Shown here piece after piece: positions 1 through 8,259 of a stretch of DNA of 64,000 nucleotides. The notes below the pieces were generated by a model. That model searched no databases. It worked only from the letters and a program-made list of their open reading frames with translations, and was not told where the DNA came from. Within the stretch, counting starts at the first letter, position 1. Each line of letters opens with the position of its first letter. The stretch is from the IMG/VR virus record IMGVR_UViG_3300035698_029580, one strand, 5' to 3'. The position numbers and the translations under genes were made by a program. The DNA comes from a virus (taxonomy: Duplodnaviria; Caudoviricetes).

Positions 1-96
1 ATTGAGAAAGCACGAAATTTGGGTAGGGCTGAGCCAAATATAAGTAATCGTGAGGTAAGAGTCCTAACTTAGCTCGGTTTTTTAAAGGTAAAAATA

Positions 97-498
97 ATGG
101 ACAAAAATGAAATTAATGAGGATTATCCAACAACTAATCCTGTGAAAGGATTGTCTCTAACATTATATCCAATTAGAGGAGAGAGTCAAGAGGAGATAGT
201 CAACAGACGGAGAAAAAAGAGAGAAATGGATAATAAATCTAAAACAGAATTATTAGAAGGAGAAATTTTAATGGAAATTATTAAGAAAGATATTTTTTGT
301 GAACAATGGCGTGAGTATGATTTTGGTGGTAGAATATATCGTATCAAAGAGCCTATGTTTTTATTTGTGAGAGAGGGAGGATCAACACATCGAGTTGTTG
401 ATATATATGGTATCGTACATTGTGTTCCGGCTCCAGGTCATCATGGGTGTATATTAAGATGGGAAAGTAAAGATATAGATAATCCTGTTAAATTTTAA
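97..498 (+). CDS. hypothetical phage protein
   Basis: ORF with upstream AAGG; no recognisable domain. Confidence 0.7.
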   Translation: MDKNEINEDYPTTNPVKGLSLTLYPIRGESQEEIVNRRRKKREMDNKSKTELLEGEILMEIIKKDIFCEQWREYDFGGRIYRIKEPMFLFVREGGSTHRVVDIYGIVHCVPAPGHHGCILRWESKDIDNPVKF

Positions 499-514
499 TT
501 AAGGAGAAATTGAA

Positions 515-823
515 ATGAATGATAAACCTGACATTCCTGTAGAAAATGATTATTCTAGTGAAGCAGATGAAAGTGAATTATTAAAAGGAATTACTTATTT
601 ATTAAATACTACTTGTGCAGAAAATGCAAGTGATACACCTGATTTTATTTTGGCAGAATTTTTACTAGATTGTTTATCTGCTTTTAATAAATCTGTTAAC
701 AGAAGAAATAAATGGTATAAACCTAATGAAACAACTATGAAGACTTTTGAAGAAACTGATGAAGGTAAAAATTTGCATAAAGCAAATAATGTAGGAGAAC
801 TTTTTGAGGAACTTGATAATTAA
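515..823 (+). CDS. hypothetical phage protein (ENASDTPDFILAEFL motif)
   Basis: ORF with AGGAG RBS. Confidence 0.75.
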   Translation: MNDKPDIPVENDYSSEADESELLKGITYLLNTTCAENASDTPDFILAEFLLDCLSAFNKSVNRRNKWYKPNETTMKTFEETDEGKNLHKANNVGELFEELDN

Positions 824-830
824 AAATTTT

Positions 831-923
831 GGGAGATGTTCCTATCGAAAGACTGTAAATCTTTTGCCCGTTATAATTTAATGATAGGTGGTTGGGCAGG
901 TAGTTCAATTCTTCCATCTCCCA
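831..923 (+). tRNA. atypical tRNA-Tyr(GUA)-like RNA lacking a D-arm, long variable arm
   Basis: GGGAGAT/ATCTCCC acceptor, AAAGA-CTGTAAA-TCTTT anticodon arm, GGTAG-TTCAATT-CTTCC T arm; only 10 nt between acceptor and anticodon stems. Confidence 0.6.
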
Positions 924-925
924 TT

Positions 926-998
926 GTGGCTGTAGCTCAATTGGTTAGAGTATCTGGTTGTGATCCAGAGTGTCCGAATTCGAATTTCGGCAGCCACC
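926..998 (+). tRNA. trnH: tRNA-His(GUG)
   Basis: Cloverleaf GTGGCTG/CAGCCAC, TCTGG-TTGTGAT-CCAGA, TTCGAAT T loop. Confidence 0.93.
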
Positions 999-1000
999 GT

Positions 1001-1110
1001 TAAGGCAAATTATCTCCTTATCCGCCCTGATGAGAGACAAAGGCACCGATAGGACTTGGGCAAACACATAGTCCAGGGTTGTGAACAGTCGTGAGTAATA
1101 ATTTGCCTTA
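1001..1110 (+). ncRNA. unidentified structured RNA between tRNA-His and tRNA-Cys
   Basis: 13-bp terminal stem TAAGGCAAATTAT/ATAATTTGCCTTA enclosing GC-rich internal helices. Confidence 0.5.
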
Positions 1111-1113
1111 TTT

Positions 1114-1185
1114 GGCCAAGTAGTCGAGTGGTACAGACAGTGGTTTGCAAAACCATGCACGTTGGTTCGAATCCAACCTTGGCCT
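1114..1185 (+). tRNA. trnC: tRNA-Cys(GCA)
   Basis: GGCCAAG/CTTGGCC acceptor, GTGGT-TTGCAAA-ACCAT, TTCGAAT. Confidence 0.95.
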
Positions 1186-1311
1186 TTTTGCTAATTTTTA
1201 GCTCATTTTTTGCCCATTTTTTTATTTTCCAGCATTATATGATATAATGTAATAGAGTGTAGAGTAAATGTTACTAAATGATGTAAGTTGTTGTAAATTA
1301 GGAGTTTAGAG

Positions 1312-1977
1312 ATGGCTGAAGAAAAAAAAGTTGGTCGTAGAGGCAAAAAGTTATGTCCATCGTGTGATGAACAAGTTGGAGCCAGGACGTGTGAATGTGT
1401 TTGTGGGCATGTATTTAAGGCTCGTAAAGGTCCTCCTCCTAAGACTAAAGATCCTAATGTACGAGTATCTTCTAGGGGGAAACAATTTTGTCCATCCTGT
1501 GATAAAGAAGTTGGTATCCGGGCTGCTGAGTGTGAGTGTGGACATATTTTTTATGAAAGAAAAACTCCTAAGAAGGTAGCATCTAAGACTTCCCGTAAGA
1601 AAACATGTCCTGATTGTCAAAAGCAATATGGTTTTAGTCAATATAAATGTGAGTGTGGATATAATTTTACACTTCGTATGAATGTAGAGAAGGCAAAAGC
1701 AGCCAGGGAAGCCAAGAAGTTAGAATCAGTTTCAGAAGAAAAAACTAAGAAATCTGAGATAAATGAGAAGAGGCAAGCAATTTTATCTGGTCCTGATATT
1801 CTTGTTGGAGAAGGTCATGAAGAAAAGAAAATGACTAAGCAGGAACATGCCGAGAGAATATTGGGATTAGGTAAGAAGAGAGCATCTAATTTGTTAAGAA
1901 TTAGTACAAAGAATAATTATTGGGCTCATGTTGATTGGAATTATGTAAGAGAGCAATTGGGTGTAACAAATGGATAA
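1312..1977 (+). CDS. triple zinc-ribbon repeat protein (UPF0547-like CPxC..CxCGH/YxF repeats)
   Basis: Three CPxC-x8-CxCG repeats, basic. Confidence 0.75.
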   Translation: MAEEKKVGRRGKKLCPSCDEQVGARTCECVCGHVFKARKGPPPKTKDPNVRVSSRGKQFCPSCDKEVGIRAAECECGHIFYERKTPKKVASKTSRKKTCPDCQKQYGFSQYKCECGYNFTLRMNVEKAKAAREAKKLESVSEEKTKKSEINEKRQAILSGPDILVGEGHEEKKMTKQEHAERILGLGKKRASNLLRISTKNNYWAHVDWNYVREQLGVTNG

Positions 1978-2200
1978 AAAAAAATTAAAAGAATTAAAAA
2001 AAATGTCATTAAGAAATGGGGCTGATCTAGATCAGTTTTGGGCTGAGGTGAGAGACAAAGAAGATAATTTATCTAAAATTTTTGAGAATGGACCTCGTAG
2101 TGAAGATGATATAATTTTATTGAGACAAGTTGCGGGTCTTATTATAGCAGAGATAAATTATAGAAAAGCTGAGGAATGTCGCTTGCAGTCAGGAAACTAA
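1970..2200 (+). CDS. hypothetical protein, paralog 1 of 3
   Basis: Shares D(Q/R)xxA..KI.(E/D)NG..D..L..EI pattern with next two ORFs. Confidence 0.75.
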   Translation: MDKKKLKELKKMSLRNGADLDQFWAEVRDKEDNLSKIFENGPRSEDDIILLRQVAGLIIAEINYRKAEECRLQSGN

Positions 2201-2202
2201 TA

Positions 2203-2445
2203 ATGAATGAAAGAATGAAGAAAATAGAAGACGAAATGTTAAAAATTTCTTCTAATAGTGATCAACTTTTTGCTGCTTTCTCAAGTAAAAAAAATATATT
2301 AAAGAAAATAGCAGAAAATGGGATTAACGGACAAGACGATGAAACATTATGTAGATCAGTTATTTATTATTTATTGGGGGAAATAGAGATAAGAAGAGCA
2401 GAAATAAGTATTATTAATTTGAAGAATGAATTAAAAGATGGATAA
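2203..2445 (+). CDS. hypothetical protein, paralog 2 of 3
   Basis: Start at internal ATG (MNERMKK) of ORF 2176; paralogy as above. Confidence 0.7.
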   Translation: MNERMKKIEDEMLKISSNSDQLFAAFSSKKNILKKIAENGINGQDDETLCRSVIYYLLGEIEIRRAEISIINLKNELKDG

Positions 2446-2668
2446 AGATAAAAAAGAATTAAATAATTTACATTTACAAAATATTTCTTCTTTAGATCGT
2501 CTTTGGGCTCTTATGAGAGATAAAGAAGATGAATTAAAAAAGATACTGGATAATGGACCTAAAAATAAAGATGATTTAATTTTGGTTAAAAGTGTTTTAT
2601 GTCTTGTTTTGGCAGAGGTTAATTTTAAAAAGGCTGAACAACTTCGTGTTGAGTTAGGAAAAGAGTAG
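2438..2668 (+). CDS. hypothetical protein, paralog 3 of 3
   Basis: Clear similarity to 1970..2200 (LD..WA..RDKED.L.KI..NGP). Confidence 0.75.
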   Translation: MDKDKKELNNLHLQNISSLDRLWALMRDKEDELKKILDNGPKNKDDLILVKSVLCLVLAEVNFKKAEQLRVELGKE

Positions 2669-2681
2669 GATTGGTGAAATT

Positions 2682-2753
2682 GCCCCAGTGGTATAATGGT
2701 TAAAATATTAGCCTTCCAAGCTAAAGATGAGGGTTCGATTCCCTTCTGGGGCT
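2682..2753 (+). tRNA. trnG: tRNA-Gly(UCC)
   Basis: GCCCCAG/CTGGGGC, TTAGC-CTTCCAA-GCTAA, TTCGATT. Confidence 0.92.
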
Positions 2754-3028
2754 ATTATAAAAATATAAATTAGTATTTTTGGAGGAACAAATATGGATAT
2801 GGATTTGTCATTTTTTATATTATTGTGTTTATTTTGTTTTTGCTTTGGTTCTTTTTTGTGTGATATTTATTATAAATTAAAAAAAAGAAAAATACAAAAA
2901 GATATTTTAATACTTAAAAAAGAACTGGCAAACAGAAGAAAAGAAGTAAATTAATTAAAAAAAACTCAGAAAGAAAGAAATGATTAGATGTAAATATTGT
3001 AAATATTTTGAGAGGGGAAAATAATAAG

Positions 3029-3418
3029 ATGAAGACAACGTATGCACACGATTGGGAGTTGCTGGGAGAAGAGAGGATAAGACGGTGGACAAACAGTTTT
3101 AAGCATACAGAACAAATAAAATCTCAAATTGAAGATCCACGAACAGTAAATTGTGAGATATTTTCATGGAAGAATGCCCCCTGTTTAGGAGGTCGTCATT
3201 ATTCTTTGAGAATCCAAGAGGAAAATAACCAATGGTGGTGTAATGATGAAAACTCTTGGGTAGAGATTAGTTGTGATAGCAATAATCGAGGCTTCTCACT
3301 AGAGGCAGAATGTAATAGTAGAGAGGAAGCTGAGGCTATACGAGACTTTGTAATTAACAGGGTATTTGGGAATCCAAGAACAAAAAAACGAAAAATGTGG
3401 AGGGTCGTTAATGATTAA
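3029..3418 (+). CDS. hypothetical protein
   Basis: ORF 3008..3418, ATG start at 3029 preferred. Confidence 0.65.
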   Translation: MKTTYAHDWELLGEERIRRWTNSFKHTEQIKSQIEDPRTVNCEIFSWKNAPCLGGRHYSLRIQEENNQWWCNDENSWVEISCDSNNRGFSLEAECNSREEAEAIRDFVINRVFGNPRTKKRKMWRVVND

Positions 3419-3899
3419 ATGTAAAGATTGTAAATATTTTGAAAGGGCAATGTGGCCTTCTTCTTTAGGAGGAGGAGAGCAATATGGCGGAAGTTGTCCA
3501 TTATTGCTTAAAGAATTGAAATTACACAATACTAACATCTTTTTCTGGGAAAAAATTTATATACAAGATACTTTTGGATGTATAATGGGAGTTGAGAAAT
3601 TAGAAATTTCTGAAACTGTTTTATATGGAATAGGTGATTATCTTGAAAATTATGGTTTATGTTTATTTTTGACTTATGAAAAAGAATTTTTAAAAAATGG
3701 GTATCAATCAGATACGTTTGAAGAAAATATATATAAGAAATTGAAATCTAAGGGTTTTTATGACGTAGGAGATGGTATTTGGGTGGGTGGATCTCGTGTT
3801 GAGAATATAAGAGATGATTATGAAAAAATAGTAGAAGCATTAGGATTTAAGTATAATAAAAAATTTGAAGAATTTGTATTAGATTGTGATGATGATTAA
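3411..3899 (+). CDS. hypothetical protein with N-terminal CxxC
   Basis: ORF 3366..3899, start MIKCKDCKYF overlapping previous gene end. Confidence 0.7.
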   Translation: MIKCKDCKYFERAMWPSSLGGGEQYGGSCPLLLKELKLHNTNIFFWEKIYIQDTFGCIMGVEKLEISETVLYGIGDYLENYGLCLFLTYEKEFLKNGYQSDTFEENIYKKLKSKGFYDVGDGIWVGGSRVENIRDDYEKIVEALGFKYNKKFEEFVLDCDDD

Positions 3900-3905
3900 T
3901 AAGAT

Positions 3906-3984
3906 TGCGGGCGAGTGGAACGGATATATAAACCACACGTGGTTTATATCCACGTAATACCAGTTTCGACTACTGGGTTTGCTA
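3906..3984 (+). tRNA. tRNA with UAU (Ile) anticodon on an initiator-like scaffold
   Basis: TGCGGGC/GTTTGCT acceptor with 1:72 mismatch, CGTGG-TTTATAT-CCACG, CCAGT-TTCGACT-ACTGG. Confidence 0.75.
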
Positions 3985-3989
3985 TTTAC

Positions 3990-4072
3990 AGTGGAATATG
4001 CAAGTGGCTAAAGCAGAAACCCTCATAAGGTTTTGGAGAAATCCTTCCCAGGTTCAAATCCTGGTTCCACTA
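3990..4072 (+). tRNA. tRNA-Met/Ile2(CAU) with long variable arm
   Basis: AGTGGAA/TTCCACT, AAACC-CTCATAA-GGTTT, variable hairpin GGA-GAAA-TCC, TTCAAAT. Confidence 0.85.
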
Positions 4073-4086
4073 GGATCATAAATTTA

Positions 4087-4158
4087 GGTGGTTTAGCTGA
4101 GTTGGATTAGCGGTGTCTTGAAGCGGCACAGAGTCAGGTCCGAATCCTGAAACCACCA
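4087..4158 (+). tRNA. trnF: tRNA-Phe(GAA)
   Basis: GGTGGTT/AACCACC, GTGTC-TTGAAGC-GGCAC, T loop TCCGAAT (non-canonical). Confidence 0.88.
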
Positions 4159-4174
4159 TTTTTTAGGAAAAAAT

Positions 4175-4570
4175 ATGTGTCAAAAATGTATTGATGCTGT
4201 AAAAGAGACATGGAAAGATTTACCAGAAGAAAATTATAGTGATTTATTAGTGGGAGCTACAGCTTTTCCCTGTAGTGGTCCAGAGGAAACAAGAAAGCAA
4301 TTGATAGAGATAGGAAAAAAGAGTAATTATAATTTAGAATTAGCTTTAGCAATTATTGATACTGAAACAGAAAAGCAAATGAGAGAAGGGGTTGATGAAT
4401 CTAAAATACCTAAGAGGAAGTTAAGGCAAATTAAATATACTGCTCGTTTTGCACGAGAAGCAAAGGATATAGGAATTAATTTAGACAAAGAGAAGTTAAG
4501 GCAAATTAAATATTCTGAGCAATTTGTACGAGAGGCAAAGGATATGGGGGTTAAGTTAAAAGATGAATAG
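4175..4570 (+). CDS. hypothetical protein with duplicated C-terminal repeat
   Basis: KLRQIKY...F.REAKD.G occurs twice. Confidence 0.75.
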   Translation: MCQKCIDAVKETWKDLPEENYSDLLVGATAFPCSGPEETRKQLIEIGKKSNYNLELALAIIDTETEKQMREGVDESKIPKRKLRQIKYTARFAREAKDIGINLDKEKLRQIKYSEQFVREAKDMGVKLKDE

Positions 4571-4616
4571 AAAAATTATTTTTTATTTTATAATATATAC
4601 ATTATTATTGATGTGA

Positions 4617-4698
4617 ACTCCCATGATGGAATAGGTAGACATGATAGATTTAGAATCTATTGCCGCAAGGCGTACTGGTTCGACTCCAGTTGGGAGTA
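4617..4698 (+). tRNA. trnL: tRNA-Leu(UAG)
   Basis: ACTCCCA/TGGGAGT, ATAGA-TTTAGAA-TCTAT, variable arm GCC-GCAA-GGC. Confidence 0.93.
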
Positions 4699-5114
4699 TT
4701 TATTAGCATAGTAATAATATCACTTGATATAAGTGATACAAGTGCTTTCATAATTTTCCAGCATTATAAAAAATTGGAGAATAAAGAAGAAACACGGGAT
4801 AATAAAAAAGAAAGAAAGGTGAAGTGATGGCAAAAATAGAGTTTATTAAAAATGTACACGATCAATATAAGTATGATATGGTGTTGACTACAACTATTCC
4901 AAAAACAGGTAAAGAGATAAAAACCACCATGGCAACAGTTTTCTGTGATGAAATAGGTGAGGCAGGAGCAGATAATTACCAATATAATTCCGTTACTGGT
5001 AAAAAAGAATACCTGAAACAGATAAACGCTGAACTGGTTTTTTCAGCAATATAGTTGAGAGTTTATCTGCTTGTCCTTAATTTTCCAGCAAAATAAAAAT
5101 TTTAGGATAGTAAA

Positions 5115-5585
5115 ATGAAGAAGGTACTATTAAGAAAAAGTGATTTTAAGTCAGATTTTAAATTTGATGAGATTGCAAATGTTGTAGGAGTCGATACTGC
5201 TTTTTCTAATAAAATAGTATTATTTGTTAAGGATTCAGTTGCCCTTTCTTCAACAGAGACAAATAAAGAGCAAATGAAAAAAATATTTGATAAAATAGAT
5301 ATGATGAATTTGACAGATGAATATGAAGTCCAGTGGAAAGATGAAAGAAGTTTATTTGAGAATAGAGAAAATAAAACTTTTTCTTCTAGAAAAGAGGCTA
5401 TTACTTATGTAAGGTATCAAATAGAAGATTTTGTACATATGCTAGATGATGGTGATGAAATAAAGATATTTGATACTAAAAAGTTAGTCTGTACTATTGT
5501 AAGAGTTGAAAAGAAAACAGATATAGAAGAAGAATTTCATAAAGCAATAACAGAGCCTGGGGATGTAGGTCTGAAAAATGAATAA
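5115..5585 (+). CDS. hypothetical protein
   Basis: ORF downstream of motif at 5081. Confidence 0.7.
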   Translation: MKKVLLRKSDFKSDFKFDEIANVVGVDTAFSNKIVLFVKDSVALSSTETNKEQMKKIFDKIDMMNLTDEYEVQWKDERSLFENRENKTFSSRKEAITYVRYQIEDFVHMLDDGDEIKIFDTKKLVCTIVRVEKKTDIEEEFHKAITEPGDVGLKNE

Positions 5586-5856
5586 ATATAAAAAATTTAT
5601 GGATAAACATAAAATGTTTGATGTGTCATTGACTGATGTATTAGCAAAAGTAGAGGATAAGTTAAAGGGAAAAAAATTAAATAAAGAAAATTTGGAACAA
5701 GCTCTTACTGAAATGGAAGCAGAATATAAAAGAGAAAATGAGGCAGATTGGAAGAAAGTAAGAGGCAAAATAAGAAGAGATTTTATTATTCAATTGGTAA
5801 CATTTGTAGCATTGCTTGGAGTTATTGCAATGACAGTTTTTTTAGTATTGCAATAA
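5578..5856 (+). CDS. hypothetical membrane-anchored protein; paralog of 5894..6145
   Basis: KLKGKKLNKENLEQAL vs KLKGKELNKENMEQAI; C-terminal hydrophobic helix. Confidence 0.7.
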   Translation: MNKYKKFMDKHKMFDVSLTDVLAKVEDKLKGKKLNKENLEQALTEMEAEYKRENEADWKKVRGKIRRDFIIQLVTFVALLGVIAMTVFLVLQ

Positions 5857-5893
5857 AAATATTTGAAAATAGATTAGAAAAGGGAGTCTTATT

Positions 5894-6145
5894 ATGAGAA
5901 AATTATCTGATATAAAGATTAATTTAAATGATTTTTATGAAGAAGTATTAAAAGAGCTAATGCAAAAAAGAGTAGGAATTAAATTAAAGGGAAAAGAATT
6001 AAATAAAGAAAATATGGAGCAAGCTATTGATGAGGTAATAGCAGAAGCCGAATTAGAAAATCAGGCAAATATGAGGGAACATGGTTTAACCATAGTAGAT
6101 GAGGCAGATATGAAGAAAGAGAATAAGCAGATAAGAAAGGAATGA
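5894..6145 (+). CDS. hypothetical protein; paralog of 5578..5856
   Basis: Shared motif; GGAG RBS. Confidence 0.7.
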   Translation: MRKLSDIKINLNDFYEEVLKELMQKRVGIKLKGKELNKENMEQAIDEVIAEAELENQANMREHGLTIVDEADMKKENKQIRKE

Positions 6146-6272
6146 ATACAAAATATAATAGATACAATAGGATTTTGGTCTATTTTTATTGGTTCTATTG
6201 TTGTTTCTATATTGTTTGTTTATTTTGTTTTTCACTAAAATAAAAATCTTTGAAAATTGAATAGAGAAAAAT

Positions 6273-6586
6273 GCGGGTGTGGCGGAATTGGCAGACGCTG
6301 AAAGTTTTGGCGTCTAAAAATTGGGCAAAAACGGTGAAGGCTGAGATGCTAATATCGTGCTAAATAATCAGATTACGAAAGGCTGATTGTCAGTGTAGAG
6401 CATAGAAGGTGAATAAATATAATCCTTCCACGAGTGCCCAACAATCGAAAGATTGAAAATATATGCCGAGCTACAATAAAATCAAGTTGTAGAACTATGG
6501 GATAAAAAGCCTATAGGATAACATAACTGGGGGCCTTAAAAGCCCCTGCTCGTAAGAGCATGGAGGTTCAAATCCTCTCACCCGCA
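6273..6586 (+). tRNA. trnL: tRNA-Leu(UAA) split by group I intron (exons 6273-6299 and 6530-6586)
   Basis: GCGGGTG/CACCCGC acceptor, D arm GGCGGAATTGGCAGACGC, GGGGC-CTTAAAA-GCCCC, long variable arm, TTCAAAT. Confidence 0.92.
6300..6529 (+). mobile_element. group I self-splicing intron (IA-like, no endonuclease ORF)
   Basis: P1 AGACGCU/GGCGUCU with U.G at splice site, P3 TTGGGCA/TGCCCAA, P7 GCATA/TATGC, P8 CAATC-GAAA-GATTG, terminal G at 6529. Confidence 0.88.
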
Positions 6587-6716
6587 TTATTATTAACTTG
6601 ACAGAAATGGTATACATTTTTTATAAAGGAGTTTTCGTCATTATTCTGATTGATTAAGATAATTATTTTTCCAGCAAAATAATTATCTTAGCCTATAAGT
6701 AGAAAGGTATTAAAAA

Positions 6717-6944
6717 ATGGCAAAATTAATATGTCCTGAATGTGGTAGTAAAAAAGTAAATACTAGTATTAAGGATTATCCTTTTTTTTATGGAAAAAAG
6801 GGAAGTATTCAAATTGAATTAACTGCTTGTGATATTTTAGTAAGAAATTGTACAAATTGTGGTTTTAGTTTTATAGACGATGAAGCAGAAAAAATAATGG
6901 AAAAAGCAATTTCTGATTATTTGGAAAAAAAAAATGAAGATTAA
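6717..6944 (+). CDS. YgiT/MqsA-type zinc finger protein
   Basis: CPECG...CTNCG with MqsA-like spacing. Confidence 0.65.
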   Translation: MAKLICPECGSKKVNTSIKDYPFFYGKKGSIQIELTACDILVRNCTNCGFSFIDDEAEKIMEKAISDYLEKKNED

Positions 6945-7290
6945 ATTGACGAGATTACAATCTAAAATATTAAGACATCAATTAGGGTTTTCAGATCGTT
7001 TAGCTGATGTGTTGGGTGATGAGTTTGGATTTTCGAGGGAAGATGTTGAAATTACTGCTAATTTGTTATTCATTAATTTAACCAATAAAGAAATAGATAT
7101 TTCTGAGGCAAACTCATTTAGTGAAAGTATTACTGAGGAAATATTAATTGAGTGTGTTGAAGATTCTACTTGGATAAGTTCTATGATGGAGAATGAGTCA
7201 GAAAGAAAAATTTCTGCTCATATTAGAAGTTTAGAAGATTTAACACAAAAAATAAAAGAGAGTACAGGACATAAGGTGATAAAATGTTAG
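6934..7290 (+). CDS. hypothetical protein
   Basis: ORF coupled to previous gene. Confidence 0.7.
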   Translation: MKIKLTRLQSKILRHQLGFSDRLADVLGDEFGFSREDVEITANLLFINLTNKEIDISEANSFSESITEEILIECVEDSTWISSMMENESERKISAHIRSLEDLTQKIKESTGHKVIKC

Positions 7291-7324
7291 TATTAAGTAG
7301 ACAAAAATAAATAATTTTTTTAAA

Positions 7325-7406
7325 GCTCTCATGGTGGAACAGGCATACACGGTAGTTTCAAAAGCTATTGCCGAGAGGCATACTGGTTCGACTCCAGTTG
7401 GGAGTA
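7325..7406 (+). tRNA. trnL: tRNA-Leu(CAA)
   Basis: GCTCTCA/TGGGAGT, GTAGT-TTCAAAA-GCTAT; 3' end identical to tRNA-Leu(UAG). Confidence 0.9.
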
Positions 7407-7459
7407 TTATTTTTCAGCATTATAAAAATCTTAATATATAAGTAGAAAGGTGAAGAAAA

Positions 7460-7759
7460 ATGAGTGAGTCATTATCTGATAAATTGAAGAATGAGGTTAA
7501 GAGTAGCAATAAAAAGGCTAAGGGAAAAAGTCCTGGGAAGGGAAGAAATTTAGATGCAACTCATTTATTGAAAATTAAATATATTCCTAAGGATTATGAT
7601 GCTGATAGGATAGATATTTGTCCTTTATGGGGTAATTTCTTTCGTTTGAATTTTTGGAAGAAGAATGGGGAACGTTTTGTTACTTCTGAAATTATTGTAC
7701 ATTCAATTTTTTTGAAGGCAGAAGCAGCAATGGATGGATTAGTAGTGAAGGAATATTAA
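7460..7759 (+). CDS. hypothetical protein
   Basis: ORF with AAGGTG RBS. Confidence 0.7.
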   Translation: MSESLSDKLKNEVKSSNKKAKGKSPGKGRNLDATHLLKIKYIPKDYDADRIDICPLWGNFFRLNFWKKNGERFVTSEIIVHSIFLKAEAAMDGLVVKEY

Positions 7760-7760
7760 A

Positions 7761-8075
7761 ATGGGTTGCTATGATTATTATATTTCAGATGATGAGAAAA
7801 TTTGTGTTCAACTTAAGGTTGGAGAATGTCTTTTAAAGGAATATAAAGTAGGAGACAAGGTAAATATTTCAGATGGTATTTATTTTGGGCATGAGGGAGC
7901 AGTTGTTATTAAGGGAGGAGAATTTATTGCTATTTTTGGTGAGGATCAAGTTTTTGATAAGTGGGGAGGGGCATTTGATTTTTGTAGTAAACTAAATAAT
8001 GTTATCAAGGAAGAAATTAATATTATTGAGGAAGAGGTACAAGTCCTTAAACAAAATCTTCTAAAAGAATTTTAA
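7761..8075 (+). CDS. hypothetical protein
   Basis: ORF in operon. Confidence 0.7.
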   Translation: MGCYDYYISDDEKICVQLKVGECLLKEYKVGDKVNISDGIYFGHEGAVVIKGGEFIAIFGEDQVFDKWGGAFDFCSKLNNVIKEEINIIEEEVQVLKQNLLKEF

Positions 8076-8105
8076 AGATAAAAATTAATTTATTTTAAAA
8101 AAGTA

Positions 8106-8133
8106 TTGACAAGTGTTTAGGAAGTCGTATAAT
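8106..8133 (+). promoter_or_regulatory. consensus sigma70 promoter TTGACA-N16-TATAAT
   Basis: Exact -35 and -10 hexamers. Confidence 0.75.
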
Positions 8134-8139
8134 GGAAGA

Positions 8140-8259
8140 TAGTCCCCTCAGGAGGGGGAGTATTTAGCAAAAATGTTTCGAATCTTAGGTGAAAGAGACG
8201 ACAACAATTTTGCTATAAGGTGCTTTGATATAACAACTTATGTCAAAGCATCTTTTTTT
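8140..8259 (+). ncRNA. candidate small RNA with own promoter and terminator
   Basis: Hairpins TCCCCT/GGGGGA and TAGCAAAA/TTTTGCTA, then terminator; no ORF. Confidence 0.55.
8219..8259 (+). terminator. rho-independent terminator
   Basis: GGTGCTTTGATATA/TATGTCAAAGCATC + T7. Confidence 0.75.

Noticed and set aside
1027-1060. Hammerhead ribozyme (CTGATGAG) or SAM-I riboswitch (CTTATC..GATAGG)
   Set aside because: No stem II-GAAA after CUGAUGA; P1 strands too close together to hold the SAM-I core
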